DNA of 64,000 nt from the NCBI RefSeq assembly GCF_000281045.1, contig NW_008246118.1, positions 253,850-317,849 on the forward strand. The letters run 5' to 3'. Positions 23,885-36,116 of this stretch are shown in pieces. Source of the DNA: Saprolegnia diclina VS20 (lineage: Eukaryota). The first letter of the stretch is position 1. Every line of letters starts with the position of its first letter. The notes beneath the pieces were generated by a model that worked only from the letters and a program-made list of their open reading frames with translations, made no database searches and had not been told where the DNA came from. The position numbers and the translations under genes are program-made.

Positions 23885-25914
23885 CTAATACCGCCCGGGT
23901 GCCATCGCCGGCGTCTTGAGGCAAAAGTCGACGACGAGCGGGACGTGGTCCGAGACGTACTGGCAGTTGGGCAAGCACGTACGCGCATACGACTTGAGCA
24001 CTTCGGGCGTGTGGACCTTGAGGGCCGCGACCGGCGTGAGCTTGTCGGACGTGAACCAAATGTAGTCGACGACGCCGACCCACGAGCCTACGTGAGAGTG
24101 AGTGATCGTTCCAAATCATCGAGAGCGACGCACCCGTGTAGTTGGTGTAGTTGGGCTCGGTCCCAAAGACCGACGCATACGAGCTTGCAAATGGCATCGC
24201 GTGCGCAAACTTGGTCATGGGCACGACTTCCGAGAGCTGCTGCAGCTCCGGGTGGTCGCTCTGGACGTGGTTCTGACTCAGTAATTCGTAGACGGCGCTC
24301 GGCGGCTCGCTGTTGAAGTCGCCGCACAGGATGATCGGGAGTCGTCTCGAATTGGCAATTTGCTCCAGCTAGCATCATATAGCCACCGAGAGAAACTGTA
24401 CTCTATGTCTACCTGCTGGAGAAGGGTGTTGGTCTGCCACAGCTTCACGTCCGGAAAGTCCGGATTCGAAAAGATGTGGACGTTCGCCACACAGATGCTC
24501 GGGAGCACGGGCTTGCGCACGAGGGACCCATTCGCATCGGGCAGCACGTCGAGTACGACGATCTGCGAGACGTTGTCGCGCACGAGGCGCTGGCGTACGC
24601 GCGAGAGGCTGGCCTGGTACGAGTCGCGCTCGTGGTGCGACGCGGTCGGGTACGCCATGTCAAAATTGGCCAAGAGCGACGCGACAAAGTCGTTGGCGGC
24701 TTCGTTAAACTCGAGCGAATACTGCTCCTTGAGGTAAAACCTACGTACGTGGCGTCACGAGACGATAAAACGCAGAGAAGCGAGTACCGGTTCTTGCGGT
24801 AGAACATCGCGCAGCCGTCGACTTTGCCGGCGAGGCCCATGGATTCGCGCGTCTTCTGAAGGTAGAGGCCTTCATACCCGAGGTCGGTCATCATGGGCTG
24901 GAAAAAGTTCTTGTAGTGATCGGCTTGGACTTCTTGGAGGCAGAGGATGTCGGCGTTGTAGACTTGGAGCTCGCACTTGAGCAGCTGCTTCCGGAACGAC
25001 CAGTTGAGCGCCCACATCGGGCAGTACGGGTACATCTGTCGCGTGGCGTAGATCTCGGCAAGCACGTTGTACGAGAGGACGCGAAATGAGCCAATGTAGC
25101 GGACGCGGGCGGCGTCCTTGATGCTTGAAATCATCGGCCGCTTCGGCGCCAGCGGCGGAACTGCAAGAGGCATGAGAAGACCGCGCCGAGCACAAGATGA
25201 GAAGCGTACAAGGAAGAACGATGTTGGTCTCGGTATACTTGGGCGGGCCGCACTCTTCGCCGGACCGGTACATGGCCGTGCATTCGACGCGAAGCACATG
25301 ACCTACGTCGCCCGTTGTCGGGGTGTACGTCCTATACGCTCATGGTTGGTGGTGCACGAGAGGACGATGCATGCAACGTACTTGGCGGCCTGCAGCGCAG
25401 TCCACGTCTCTTCCTTGACAGGGACCATGGCCGAGTTGAGCAGGTCGAGGCTGCGCGCCTTCTCTTTTGCGGCGCTCACGTCCTTGGCGGTTCGGTTTTG
25501 CTGGTTCTGTTGCTTGGAGGACACGTCATGGAGCTGCCGATGCTGGCCCCAGCCGCTGCGGAAGCACTCGAGGGTGCAAAAGCCCGAGTCTTCGTTCGCG
25601 ATGCCCATGCGCGAGCAGACAGCGCACTCGATCTTGGCCATGAGCATGACAATGTTGCCTTCGCCGTTGCCAATGCGTGGGCATTGCTTGTTGGCGCAAG
25701 CGCGCTTTGAGTTGGACTTGTACCAGCAAAACTTGAGTTGGAAGTCGTCGTCGTCAATGTCGCCTTCCGAGGACCGGTAGAATGCATGCGTCGTGACCTC
25801 GCACCCTTCGACGGGCTGGTCCACGCGCAGCGAGATGCGCCCTTCGCCGCTCGTCGGGGATCCCCGCGGTGGGCTTTGGGAGAAATGATACGCTCGTCGG
25901 TCGGGACCCTTCAT
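23885..25914 (-). CDS. CCR4: CCR4/CNOT6-family deadenylase (EEP fold) with N-terminal Cys/His zinc finger; multi-exon, start codon uncertain (may extend toward 26088)
   Basis: FRVLSYNVLAEIYAT..MYPYCP.WAL.W, ILCLQEVQ, ILCGDFNS, DYIW and SDH catalytic motifs. N-terminal CAVC...FCTLECF..GW.QH..LH. Confidence 0.85.
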
Positions 25915-26710
25915 GTAGGAAGTCGATCGAGAGCTAGGAAGATGGAGACGTTGATGGAACGACGTCGAGGCGCCAGGAAGGATCGCGCGGGGCTCGAGCT
26001 TGATGGACCGCGGAAGCGCGGAGGACGAGGTCGAGGAAGGAGCGCGGTCGTCGGCGCCGGAGGTCGGCGCTTCCAATGTAACGTCCAAGAAAGCACGGGT
26101 TTATAACCTCTCGTCGCACCTGCCAAATCGCATATTCGATTTCACAGGATTAAGTGCGCGAACCTGGGGTGCACGCTGCGGATACCGCTTCAACTTGCGG
26201 CGCGTCTACATGTTTCTACCTTGGCGATCCAGCTAGCAGCGCCTTCTTCTCACCGCGTGTCTGCCTCATCTGTCTGAACCAAGGCTACACGAGCACCACG
26301 TACAGTATCGCTCCAGCGCAGCTCTGCAAGTATGCGCATACGAGATGCTCACAATTTTGATAATTTCTCGATTTTTGAAAAATCAGACGGACCGCCAGTC
26401 ATTGTACCAGCAGTCGGCTGGGATCGTACGAGTAGGTAGGACCACGCAACTGCGTCTTGTCGACCGCTGTGCAAAGCATCGACGCGATAGGCCGTCGAGT
26501 GGGCGCGCTAGGCGGGTCCAAGCGCGAAACGGTGTCGAGCCGCCGGCAGCCAATTGTCTTGGAGGTGCGCGCATTACAAGTTCGCAAGAGGCTGTTGGCC
26601 ATACCCCTTTTTGACACGATGAATCTGCTTTTGTCGACGCCCACGACGCTGAATATCGAATGAAAATTCCAACTCGTCGGTGGGTTGTTCTCAAGATCTG
26701 GCCAAGCCCG

Positions 26711-28164
26711 ATGACGAAGAAGAGCCCGAGCGCGATGGAGGACGAGCCGACGATGCAAGCCTGCTTCTACACCAAGTTCGGCAAGCCGACCGTGCTGCAG
26801 ATGGGGCCGCTGCCCAAGGCGAAGCTCCTCGCGCCCGAGGAAGTCCTCGTCCAGGTGTACGCGGCCTCGATCAATCCGGTCCGTCCATCGTCGCCAGCGC
26901 CATGCTCATGCTGCTGGCCGTGTGTAGATCGACTACAAGCGACGCGAAGGTGGCCTCAAGGCTGTGCTCGATACGAAATGGCCGCAGATCGTCGGCTACG
27001 ACCTTGCAGGCGTCGTCGTCTTGGTCGGCGCCAACGTCAAGCAGTTCCACATTGGCGACGAAGTCTACGCCTGCCTGCCGCACGATCGGCCTGGCTCGCT
27101 CGCCGAGTATACTGCCATCGCGCTATTGTCCATGCACTTGACGAAGAGCGTAGATACGTGTCGGTCGCCGATCGCTATGTGGCCATGAAGCCACGCTCGC
27201 TCACGTACTAGATAGTCTCGTCCCGCGCCTTCTCGTGCTCACGACTGCTTGTAGCTTTGTGCAAGCCGCTGCGCTCCCCATCTCATCGCTCGTCGCGTTG
27301 CAGACTCTGCGCCGACTCGAGCTGCGCGAAGGTCAAAAGTTCCTCCTAACCGGCGGGTCTGTCTCCATCGTACCGCCACTGGGCTCTGGAATGTCGTTGA
27401 CTTAGGTCGGGCGGCGTCGGGACGCTCGCACTGCAGATGGCGAAGAATGTATTTAAGGTCTGTGTCCAGGTTCGAAGCTCGGACCTGACGTGCACCGGTA
27501 GGCTGGCACGATTGCGACGACGGCGTCGCAGCAGAAGACTCACATCCTCACACGACTCGGCGCAGGTACAGGCGACCCATGTCCTGCAGTCCATTTCACT
27601 GGCGTAGACGTTGTCATCGACTACACGGAGCAGCCCTTCGAGCAAGTGCTGAACGAGTACGACGTGGCCATGGACTGCACTAGCGAGGTAGTCCATCGAG
27701 CAACTCTCCTGACGCTAAGCGCGCGGTCGTAGGCAAAAAAGTGCATGGACTGCGTGACGCAGGGTGGCGTTGTCGCTTCGATCGCCGACACACCGCCGCC
27801 GGTACCTTGATGCAGCGACAACAGCGTTGACACCGCGACGTAGGAAGCGCTGGAGGATTTTCCAGAGTTGGGCGGCCGCACGTCGTGCTGCCTCGGGTTC
27901 GTCCTCGGCTGCTTGAGCTACTCGATGAAGTCCAAGGCGCGTGCGCACCGGCTCAACTACGAGTACGTCTTTGTGGCGCCGAGCGGCAAGATGCTCACCG
28001 AGATTGCGGGGCTTGTCGACGCTGGTCAGCTCCGCCCCGTCATCGACAAGGTGTACCCGTTCGAACTGGCGCTCGAGGCGCTCGAGCTCCTCGAGACAGG
28101 CCACGTCACGGGCAAGCTCGTCCTCGAGTTCAGCGTCGGCGCGTCGCAGCCCGAGTCCGAGTAG
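26711..28164 (+). CDS. MDR-superfamily NADPH:quinone oxidoreductase-like protein (RTN4IP1-like); multi-exon
   Basis: VLVQVYAASINP-IDYK, GYDLAGVV, GDEVY, GSLAEY, TGGSGGVGTLALQ, LRPVIDKVYPF and GKLVL. Confidence 0.85.
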
Positions 28165-28245
28165 AATTTGATAACCGAAACGACCGAAATCTGGTTTCAT
28201 TTGCCTCTAAATTTGCAGTCTTTCCAGGCAGTTGCACAAGTTTAC

Positions 28246-30808
28246 ATGCAGCCACCCTTGGTCCGCGGCGGGAGCGCGCGTCTTCACCGCCATCACCGCC
28301 ACAGCGCCGGCGAGGTGACCGAGTCCACGTCGCCGCGCGTCGAGATCAAGCCGCGCAAGCTGAGCCATATCCAGGTGGTCAAGATGGGCAACACGAGCGC
28401 GCGGGCGATCGGCATTCTCAACGCGCCGCCCGTGACCAGTGGCAAGATGGTGCCGCTGACGCCGGAGGGCGAGGCCATTGCTACCGACATCACCGAGGAG
28501 CTGCGGTCGGCAGCTCCCAACATTGGCCGGGACGTGATCGCGCTCTCGACTACCGCGACGCCCGTCCAAGTGTCGATGAGTCCCCAAGAAGAGATGCTCA
28601 ACCACGTGCATCTGGAGAAGGCGCTCAAGAACCAAGCGACGGACGACATGCAAAAGACGTTTGTCAAAGGTACACAGGTCGCGGCGTCGACTCGACTGAG
28701 GCGAGCGTAGAGCTGCTTGCGAGCGGCGGCCAATTGAACCGGCACAACACCATGGCCGAGACCAAGCCCCACTGGTTCATCGCGCACCCGCACGGCAAGG
28801 TCCGCCTGCGCTGGGACGTCATGTGCATCGTCCTCATCTTCTACAACGCCATCATCATTCCGGTACGCACTGCGCGTCTTGTCCCATTTGCCAAAAAGCT
28901 ACGTTAGTTTCAAGCTGCGTTTCAAGCCGACGGCTCGGGCACCGTGCTTGACAGCGAAGTCAACTACGTGATCGACTCGATCTTTGGCTTGGACATTGTA
29001 CGCCCATTCTAGATTCTCGATTGGCGCCACGACTGCGGTTGTCTAGTTGTCCAACTTTTTCACGGGCGTCGACATCAAGGGCAAAGTGCACTTTCGGCTC
29101 AAGTTGATTGCCAAAAAATACGTATTTTCGTGGTTCATCGTCGACTTCCTCTCGACGTTTCCGTTCACGGCCGTCGTGAGCGGGTCCGACCCGACGATCC
29201 GCCGCGCGCTCAAGCTCTTCCGACTCATCCGGCTCCTTCGGCTCTTCCGCATGCTCCGCATTCTCAACCGCCTCCAGCACGCGCTCCTCATTCGGTCGAC
29301 GATCAGCAGCCTCTTCCGCTACTGCCTCACGGTCGTCTTCATCTCGCATTGGTTTGCGTACGCCCCCCTCCTCTTCCTCGTGGGTTGACATTGTGGTAGG
29401 TGCTACTTCTTCTGGGTCTCGTACCAAGACTCGATGTACGAGATCCCGCCCATCAACACGTGGCTCAAGGAGAAGAACTTGCTGCGCACGACCATGTGGG
29501 ACCAGTACATCGCCGCGCTCTACTGGGCCGTCATGACACTGTGAGATATATCACTTTCGATGCGTCTCCTGATGCCGTGTGTAGCGCCACGGTCGGCTAC
29601 GGCGACGGTACACTGCAACTGTACAGAGGAGCGACTCGCACCGCTGGCTAGTTTCGGGCATTAGCCCCAACGAACGCTGCTTTGCGATCGTGGCCATGTT
29701 TGCGGGCGCCGGCATCTTTGCCTACGGCATCACCAACGTTCGTGCTGTGACTCTAGCGCGTCTGTCACGACTATTGTCTAGATCGTGTCGCTCGTCTCGA
29801 GCTTGACGGCCCACGAGACGGCGTTTCGCGAAAAGATGGTACGTTGCTACGTCGACTTTGGAGTTAACATAAAAGCGAAGGACGAAATCAACGAGTACAT
29901 GGCCGCGCGGGACTTGCCTCGGCCGCTGCGGATGGAGATCCGCGACTTCTTCCAGAACGCGCGCAAGAGCAAGGAGAACGACATGCTGCAGGAGCAAGAG
30001 CTCTTGAACGAGCTCTCGGCGATGCTGCGCTCCAAGATTGCGCTCGCGATCAACGACCATTTCCTGTGGAAGTTCCCATTTTTCAAGGGCAGCGACCCGA
30101 ACTTCATCATGGACCTCGCGCTGAGTATGCGCATGATCTGCTTCGCGCCGTTCGAGGACGTGTGCGTCGAGGGCGAGCTCGGCCACGAGATGTTCTTCGT
30201 CTTCCGCGGCGCTGTCGAAGTCCTCAAGGACAATGTGCAAATCACGGTCCTTGGCGAGAACCAGTACTTTGGTACGTATAACCCTCTGTTACATTATCAA
30301 GTACGGCTCGTGTAGGCGAAATGGCCATTCTGAACCGCGACTGCAAGCGCATGGCCACCGTGCGCACGCTCTGCTTTTGCGAGCTGCGCATGCTCTCCCG
30401 CGTCCGGTTCCTCGAAGGTGCTTCGGATGCAAATCATGTTCTCGTCCTCATTGTGATCATATAGCGCTGGTGCACTTTCCAAAGATGATGGAGAAGCTCG
30501 CCAACTACTCGAAAGCCCGCGCGAATGGCATGACGCAGGGCGGCGCGTTTGGCCTCTCAAAACCCGACTCGGAGGGCAGCTCGGGGCGCGCGGTGCGCCG
30601 CAAGTCGTCGGTCAACCCGCGCAAGGCGGCGGGGTACCGCCTCAATTGGCGCAACCCGCGCACGAGCGACCCGACGCTCGGCGACTCGAACGCGACCGAG
30701 ACCATCGTGCAGCTGGACCACATCAAGCGCGTCCAAGACCTCCTGTCGACCAAGGTCCGCGAAATGCACGCCATGGTGGACGCGATGACCGACCCAAGCA
30801 TTCAATAG
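28246..30808 (+). CDS. Voltage-gated K+-type channel with cyclic-nucleotide-binding domain (KCNH/HCN/AKT-like); multi-exon
   Basis: S4 RALKLFRLIRLLRLFRMLR, pore ALYWAVMTL-ATVGYGD, C-linker, and CNBD GELGHEMFFV...YFGEMAIL...RMATV. Confidence 0.88.
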
Positions 30809-31079
30809 CCCCATCGATATACATACATAGATACTGTATCGACAATATACTCCATTATGATGTGTTCATTATTGACTTGATACATTGACTAGGGTTAACC
30901 TCGTGTTTTCTTGGAGCAGGTTTTGGCCGAGCTCTTTGGTTGAGGTTTTGCATTGGGGTAGCGTGCAAGCTAGCGGAGGGATCGTGTACTACGTGCGACG
31001 TAGTTTGGACAATTAAAAGATAGACATTTGAAAAGAGAGTGTTGGTCATTCACGTGTGGATCTTGAACGGTCACCAGTC

Positions 31080-33883
31080 ATGAGCGGTGCCAAGGACGTG
31101 TACTCGGACGACGAGCTCGACGGGCCATACGATGTACGCGCTCCGGACTCTACTGACGACAGCTCATCGCGTTCGGTAGGCGAAGAAGCTCCACCGCACG
31201 GCCAAGGTACGTGTCCTTGTCCTTGTGTGTCAAATTGCAGCTGCCTAGTTTCTCGAGCCTGCGGCGCCGCTGGCGTGCATGAGCAGCGAAAAGAAATGGT
31301 ACAAAGGACGCCGCATACGTGTTCTTAGAGGACGCTTATGTAGCTCGCCCAAGCACCGTCACACGGAGGCAGACTTTGGCAAGCTCCCGAGCCCGTCGTC
31401 GCCGCGGGAAGGCAGCCCGCCGAGGAACCTCCCGCCCATGCTCGCGATGCCCAAGCCCAAGCCTTGCTTCAGCTCGCCAGCATTCCCGCAGGTGCAGACG
31501 CGGCCGCAGTCGCCGACCGGATCGCCCTCGAAAAAGCTGCCGCCGCCGCCCGAAAAGTACCACGCGCTCCATGGCGGCCCCGTGCGTTCGAGCCAAAACG
31601 AAGCTCTCGACGACCATCTCATGCTCGAATTCCCGCGTAGATCGACCCCACCAGCCGCGTCTTTGTACCGGGCAAGGGCGAGCCCAAGACGACCCACCGT
31701 ACGACGCGCAAAAGTCTTCGACGCGCATGTTCCTTTCTCCCTAGTGCCCAAGCCCGACAAGGTGAAGGCCAAAGCCACAAGCTCCTTTAGCGACGCCAAG
31801 CAGGTACATACTTGTATGACGTTCTTGACTCAGCGACTGTAGACCGAGCCGGCGCCGCATCGGGTCAAGAGCGTGCAAAGCCTCGCGACTGAGATCCGGC
31901 GGCTTCGCTCGCGGACGCACAACACGGACGCAGACGAAGTCGACGACGCGGACGCCAAGCACGCCAAGCCCCCGGCACCACAGACGCAGTCCCCGCCCAA
32001 GCGGTCGGTCGGGTTCGTCTCTCGTTGTCATATCTTGTGACACGAAGAACTGCGCACGTAGCGCCGGTCGGCCCAACTTCAACTTGCAGCTGGACGTGTC
32101 GCCCAAGCAGCGGGTGCTGCAGCTCGACATCGCCGACGCGGCCCGCGGGCCCAAGGACGACGAGGCAAAAGCGGCGAAGTCCAAAAAGCGCGACGCGTTC
32201 GGACTCAACTTGGAGCTCGAGCTGGAGCTCGACGAGCCGAGCTTAGAGAAATCCTACGACCTGTCAGCGTCCGGGACGTTTGATGTTGTTGACTTTCAGA
32301 TCAAGCAGACGGGCATTGCACACCACTTGTCGCCGACGCCCATCAGCGGCGGTCCGTCGTCGCCCCGGAACAACATGAAGAAGCAGCTCATCAAGCTCGG
32401 GGTGCTTGGCAAAGGTATACAGCGATATTGCGTCATCCGTGTATAAGACGGAGGTAGGCGCGAGCGGCGTCGTTCACAAGGCACTGCACGTTCCGTCGCT
32501 GCTGCTTGTCGCTGTCAAGGTTATCCCAGTCTTTGAGAACGAAAAGCGTCACCAGCTCATCGCCGAAGTCAAGACCCTCTACAACAACATGTCGTCGCTC
32601 ACCGGTCTCGATGCTCAACTCGTCTCCTAACTGGGGAATCGATGAACTGTGTAGATGAGAGCGAGCGACACAAGGTGGCGTGCCCCGAGATCGTGTGCCT
32701 CTACGATGCTTTTATGAACCCCAACGAAGGCAACGTCTCGATCGTCGTCGAGTACATGGACGGCGGGAGTCTCCAGGACATTGTCGACACGGGCGGCTGC
32801 ACGTCCGAGAGCGTCCTGGCCAACATAGCGTTCCGCGTCCTCAAAGGCCTTCGCTTCTTGCACGAGCACCACCAGCTGCACCGCGACATCAAACCCAGCA
32901 ACCTCCTCATCAACCATTTTGGCGACGTCAAGGTACCACGTGTATCGATGATTTTGTCGCATGATTCCCTTGGAGTAGGTCTCGGACTTTGGAATTGCAA
33001 AAGAAATGGAAAACTCGGTGGCCAAAGCCACGACCTTTGTGGGCACCTTGACCTACATGTCGCCCGAGCGCATTGCCAGCGAGGTAGGCATCTCATCGAT
33101 CGATGGAGGCGTCACGCGGCGCAGGCCTACTCGTACAAGTCGGACGTGTGGTCCTTCGGGCTCTCCATCATGACGTGCGCCCTCGGGCACTACCCGTACG
33201 CGACCAAAGGCGGGTACTGGGAGCTCCTCCACAGCATCCGCAACGAACCCGTACGATCCATGGGGTCTAAACCGGGTCTGATTCTGTGTTTAGCCGCCCA
33301 AGCTGCCCAGTAGCAGCGGCTTCTCGGGGGACTTTCGCGACTTCTTGGACAAGGTGCTTGAATGTCCATGCTTGTCTATCGCACGTGGTATTGTGTAGTG
33401 CTTGGCCAAGGACCAGAACGACCGGTGGAGTGTCAAGCAGCTGCTCGAACACAACTTTCTACGCGAGTGCCGGTGCGAGTTTGGCGCGGCGACTCCCTTC
33501 GCCGCGGTACGCGCACGGTTGGCGATCTACGATCTTAGCGTTGCTTAGCGCGGCAAAGGCGACGACGAAGACGACGCCGAGAGCAGCCTCGAGCTCGATG
33601 TGATCGTGCCCAAGCTCATGGACCACTACTTCAAGGCGGCGCGGGAGCTGGTTCTGGACCACGCCTACTCGTACGACGACATTATCGGGTGGCTCAAGCT
33701 CCTCCCGGCCATGCAAAACAGGTTGGACGCCAAAGTTGGGTGGCGCTAACCGTCGGTTGTAGCAAACTCAACCGGTTCGCTGACCAAGTCGGTTGCCCGC
33801 GCCGCGCCGTTTACAAGAAGCTCGAGCACGCGATGAACCTGCTCCTCGAACGGATCAAGGACGCCCACTTTGACGACGAATAA
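31080..33883 (+). CDS. MAP kinase kinase (STE7 family) with long Pro/Ser-rich N-terminus; multi-exon
   Basis: LGKGASGVV, VAVKVI, EYMDGGSL, HRDIKPSN, SDFG, NSVAKATTFVGTLTYMSPERI and YSYKSDVWSFG. Confidence 0.88.
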
Positions 33884-33994
33884 AGTCGTCGATAACTATC
33901 AATCAATGACTTGATACTTTTGCCCGATCTTCTGAAATTGCACTTCTGGAACGTTCGTCCGGAATGTATCCGGATCGCCACCGTGCCATCACGG

Positions 33995-35246
33995 ATGGAT
34001 TTCGAAATTGGCATGATGGCAGCTGCGGCCACGGGCAATGCCCACTACGTCGAGGAAGAGTATGAGCTCGCGGTGCAAGCGTACACGGCGGCGCTGAAGG
34101 ACGACGCGACGAGCGCCGACGCTCTCTCGAAGCGCGCCGCTGCCTACCTCAAGCTCAACCAGCTGGAGCCTGCGCTCCGGGACGCGTCGGCGGCCGTGGC
34201 CCAGGACCCGTCGCTCCTCATGGCGTACCAGCGCCAAGGCATTGCGCTCTTCGGCCTCGAGCGCTTTCGCGAGGCGAAGGCTGCCTTTACGATCGGCAAG
34301 GACAAGGCTGGCAACCACGACCAAGCGCTGGCACGTTTCAAGACATGGCTGCGGAAGTGCGACGCCGAGCTCGAAGGTACGTGCCCTGCTGCTTCCTATC
34401 ATAATAGGCATGGAATTAGACGAAGACGAGCTTCCGGAGCCCAAGGCTGTGGCTCCCGCGCCTGTGCCCGTCGCGGCGCCGTCCAAGCCCGCACTCCGGT
34501 AGACATTGCGAACGGTATTCCGCAGAGATCTCACACGATGCGTCATAGCCACGAATGGTACCAAAGCGGAACGCATGTGACGCTCTCGCTGATGCAGAAG
34601 GGTCTCCAGCCGGACGACGTGACGGTGACCTTTTCGCCCAACCACGTAAGTCATGATGCCTTGCACATGACGCTGATGCTCATCCCGTGGTGTCTGTAGC
34701 TGCACGTGCAGTTCCGCATCAATGGCGAGATCATCGACGCATTCCAGAAGCAGCTGTACGGCGCAATCGTCGAGGCCGAGTCGTCCTTCCGCGTCTCGAG
34801 CGTCAAGGTTGAGCTGCGCCTCAAGAAGGCCAACGAAGGCTTTGCGTGGGACCAGCTCGAGGGCCACGGCCTTGTGGCACCGACGGGCGCGCTGCCGCTG
34901 CCGACGCCCGCCGTGCTCTCCGCGCCGCCCAAGCCGTACGCGAGCAAGCGCGATTGGAATAAGATTGACAAGACAATTGGCGAAGAGCTCGAGGCGGAGA
35001 AGCCCGAGGGCGAGGCCGCGATGCAGAAGCTCTTTGCCGACATTTACGCCAAGGCCGACGAGGACACGCGCCGGGCCATGAACAAGTCCTTTGTACGTTG
35101 TCTACGGACCTCTTCGTTCTTATATGAACGTGTAGCAAACGTCTGGTGGCACCGTGCTCTCGACCAACTGGAAGGAAGTCAAGGCAAAGGACTATGAAGA
35201 GGAGAAGCCCGTGCCGGAAGGCATGCAGTGGAAGAAGTGGGGCTAA
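33995..35246 (+). CDS. SGT1: SGT1 Hsp90 co-chaperone (TPR-CS-SGS); multi-exon, start may be 34013
   Basis: N-terminal TPRs, CS domain (HEWYQS...KVELRLKK) and SGS domain (AMQKLFADIY..ADEDTRRAMNKSF-QTSGGTVLSTNW). Confidence 0.93.
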
Positions 35247-35410
35247 CCTGCCACGTCAAGGCCGAGGTGGCGACCACATACCGTAAATATACGCACTTAT
35301 ACGTTGACGCGCGTACGTGTATGCCCCAGGAGCGGTCTTTGCCGAGGCGAACGCGGGAGCTCCCGTACCTTGACTTGCACTGGCAGGCAGCTCACCTACG
35401 CGGCACGGCC

Positions 35411-35442
35411 ATTGGCTACAGTCATGTCGATTTACAGCCAAT
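35411..35442. promoter_or_regulatory. Inverted CCAAT pair upstream of CENP-A
   Basis: ATTGG 35411-35415 and CCAAT 35438-35442. Confidence 0.5.
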
Positions 35443-35659
35443 CAACGCACTGCATAAACCTCTTTAAATATATCCTGGCGCCCAAACAAGCCAGCAAGAT
35501 ATACCTTTATAGAGGTATGTGTCGGATTATTGCTGAAAACAAGCGAATCAGCGCGCGCGATCTTGATATTGCACATCTGCGATTGGTGGATTCTCGGCAA
35601 CCATATGGTCGAGTCGGAAGAAAGCCCCCGCCTGTCAACTTGATCAACGGATCAGCAGC

Positions 35660-36079
35660 ATGTCGTCGCGCAAGCCGTCGACGACCAAGCGGAAGCCGCC
35701 GGTGGACCCGACGACCACCGCGAAGAAGCGCCGGTACAAGCCCGGCGTCCGGTCGCTGCTGGAGATCCGCCGGTACCAGCGCTCGACCGAGCTGCTGCTG
35801 CGGCGCCTGCCCTTTGCCCGGCTCGTGCGCGAGATCCAGCTCAACTACGCGACCGTGCAGTTCCGGTGGCAGGCCGAAGCGCTCCTTGCGCTGCAGGAGG
35901 CCGCCGAGGCCCACCTCGTCCGCGTCTTTGAAGACGCGTACGCATCGCTTGCACCCCACTTCCTACCTCCTCATGTACCATCCTCTAGGAACCTCTGCGC
36001 CATCCATGCCAAGCGCGTGACCATCATGGTCAAAGACATCCAGCTCGCGCGCCGCATCCGCGGCCGAAACCATGAATAA
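35660..36079 (+). CDS. CENPA: Centromeric histone H3 variant (CenH3/CENP-A); 2 exons, intron 35938-35988
   Basis: H3 histone fold with CenH3-type substitutions: FARLVREI (H3 Q68 lost), RWQ (F84W), EDANLC (T107 lost), loop 1 one residue longer, and a non-H3 N-terminal tail. Confidence 0.85.
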   Translation: MSSRKPSTTKRKPPVDPTTTAKKRRYKPGVRSLLEIRRYQRSTELLLRRLPFARLVREIQLNYATVQFRWQAEALLALQEAAEAHLVRVFEDAYASLAPHFLPPHVPSSRNLCAIHAKRVTIMVKDIQLARRIRGRNHE

Positions 36080-36116
36080 TGCATTATCCTCGTCGTCGTC
36101 TCTTCGTCCATGTGCA

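Noticed and set aside
22730..24316. 528 aa plus-strand ORF
   Set aside because: Antisense to two well-supported minus-strand genes and runs across their boundary; no domain signal.
35660..36079. Canonical histone H3
   Set aside because: No ARTKQTARKS tail, and CenH3-type substitutions are present.
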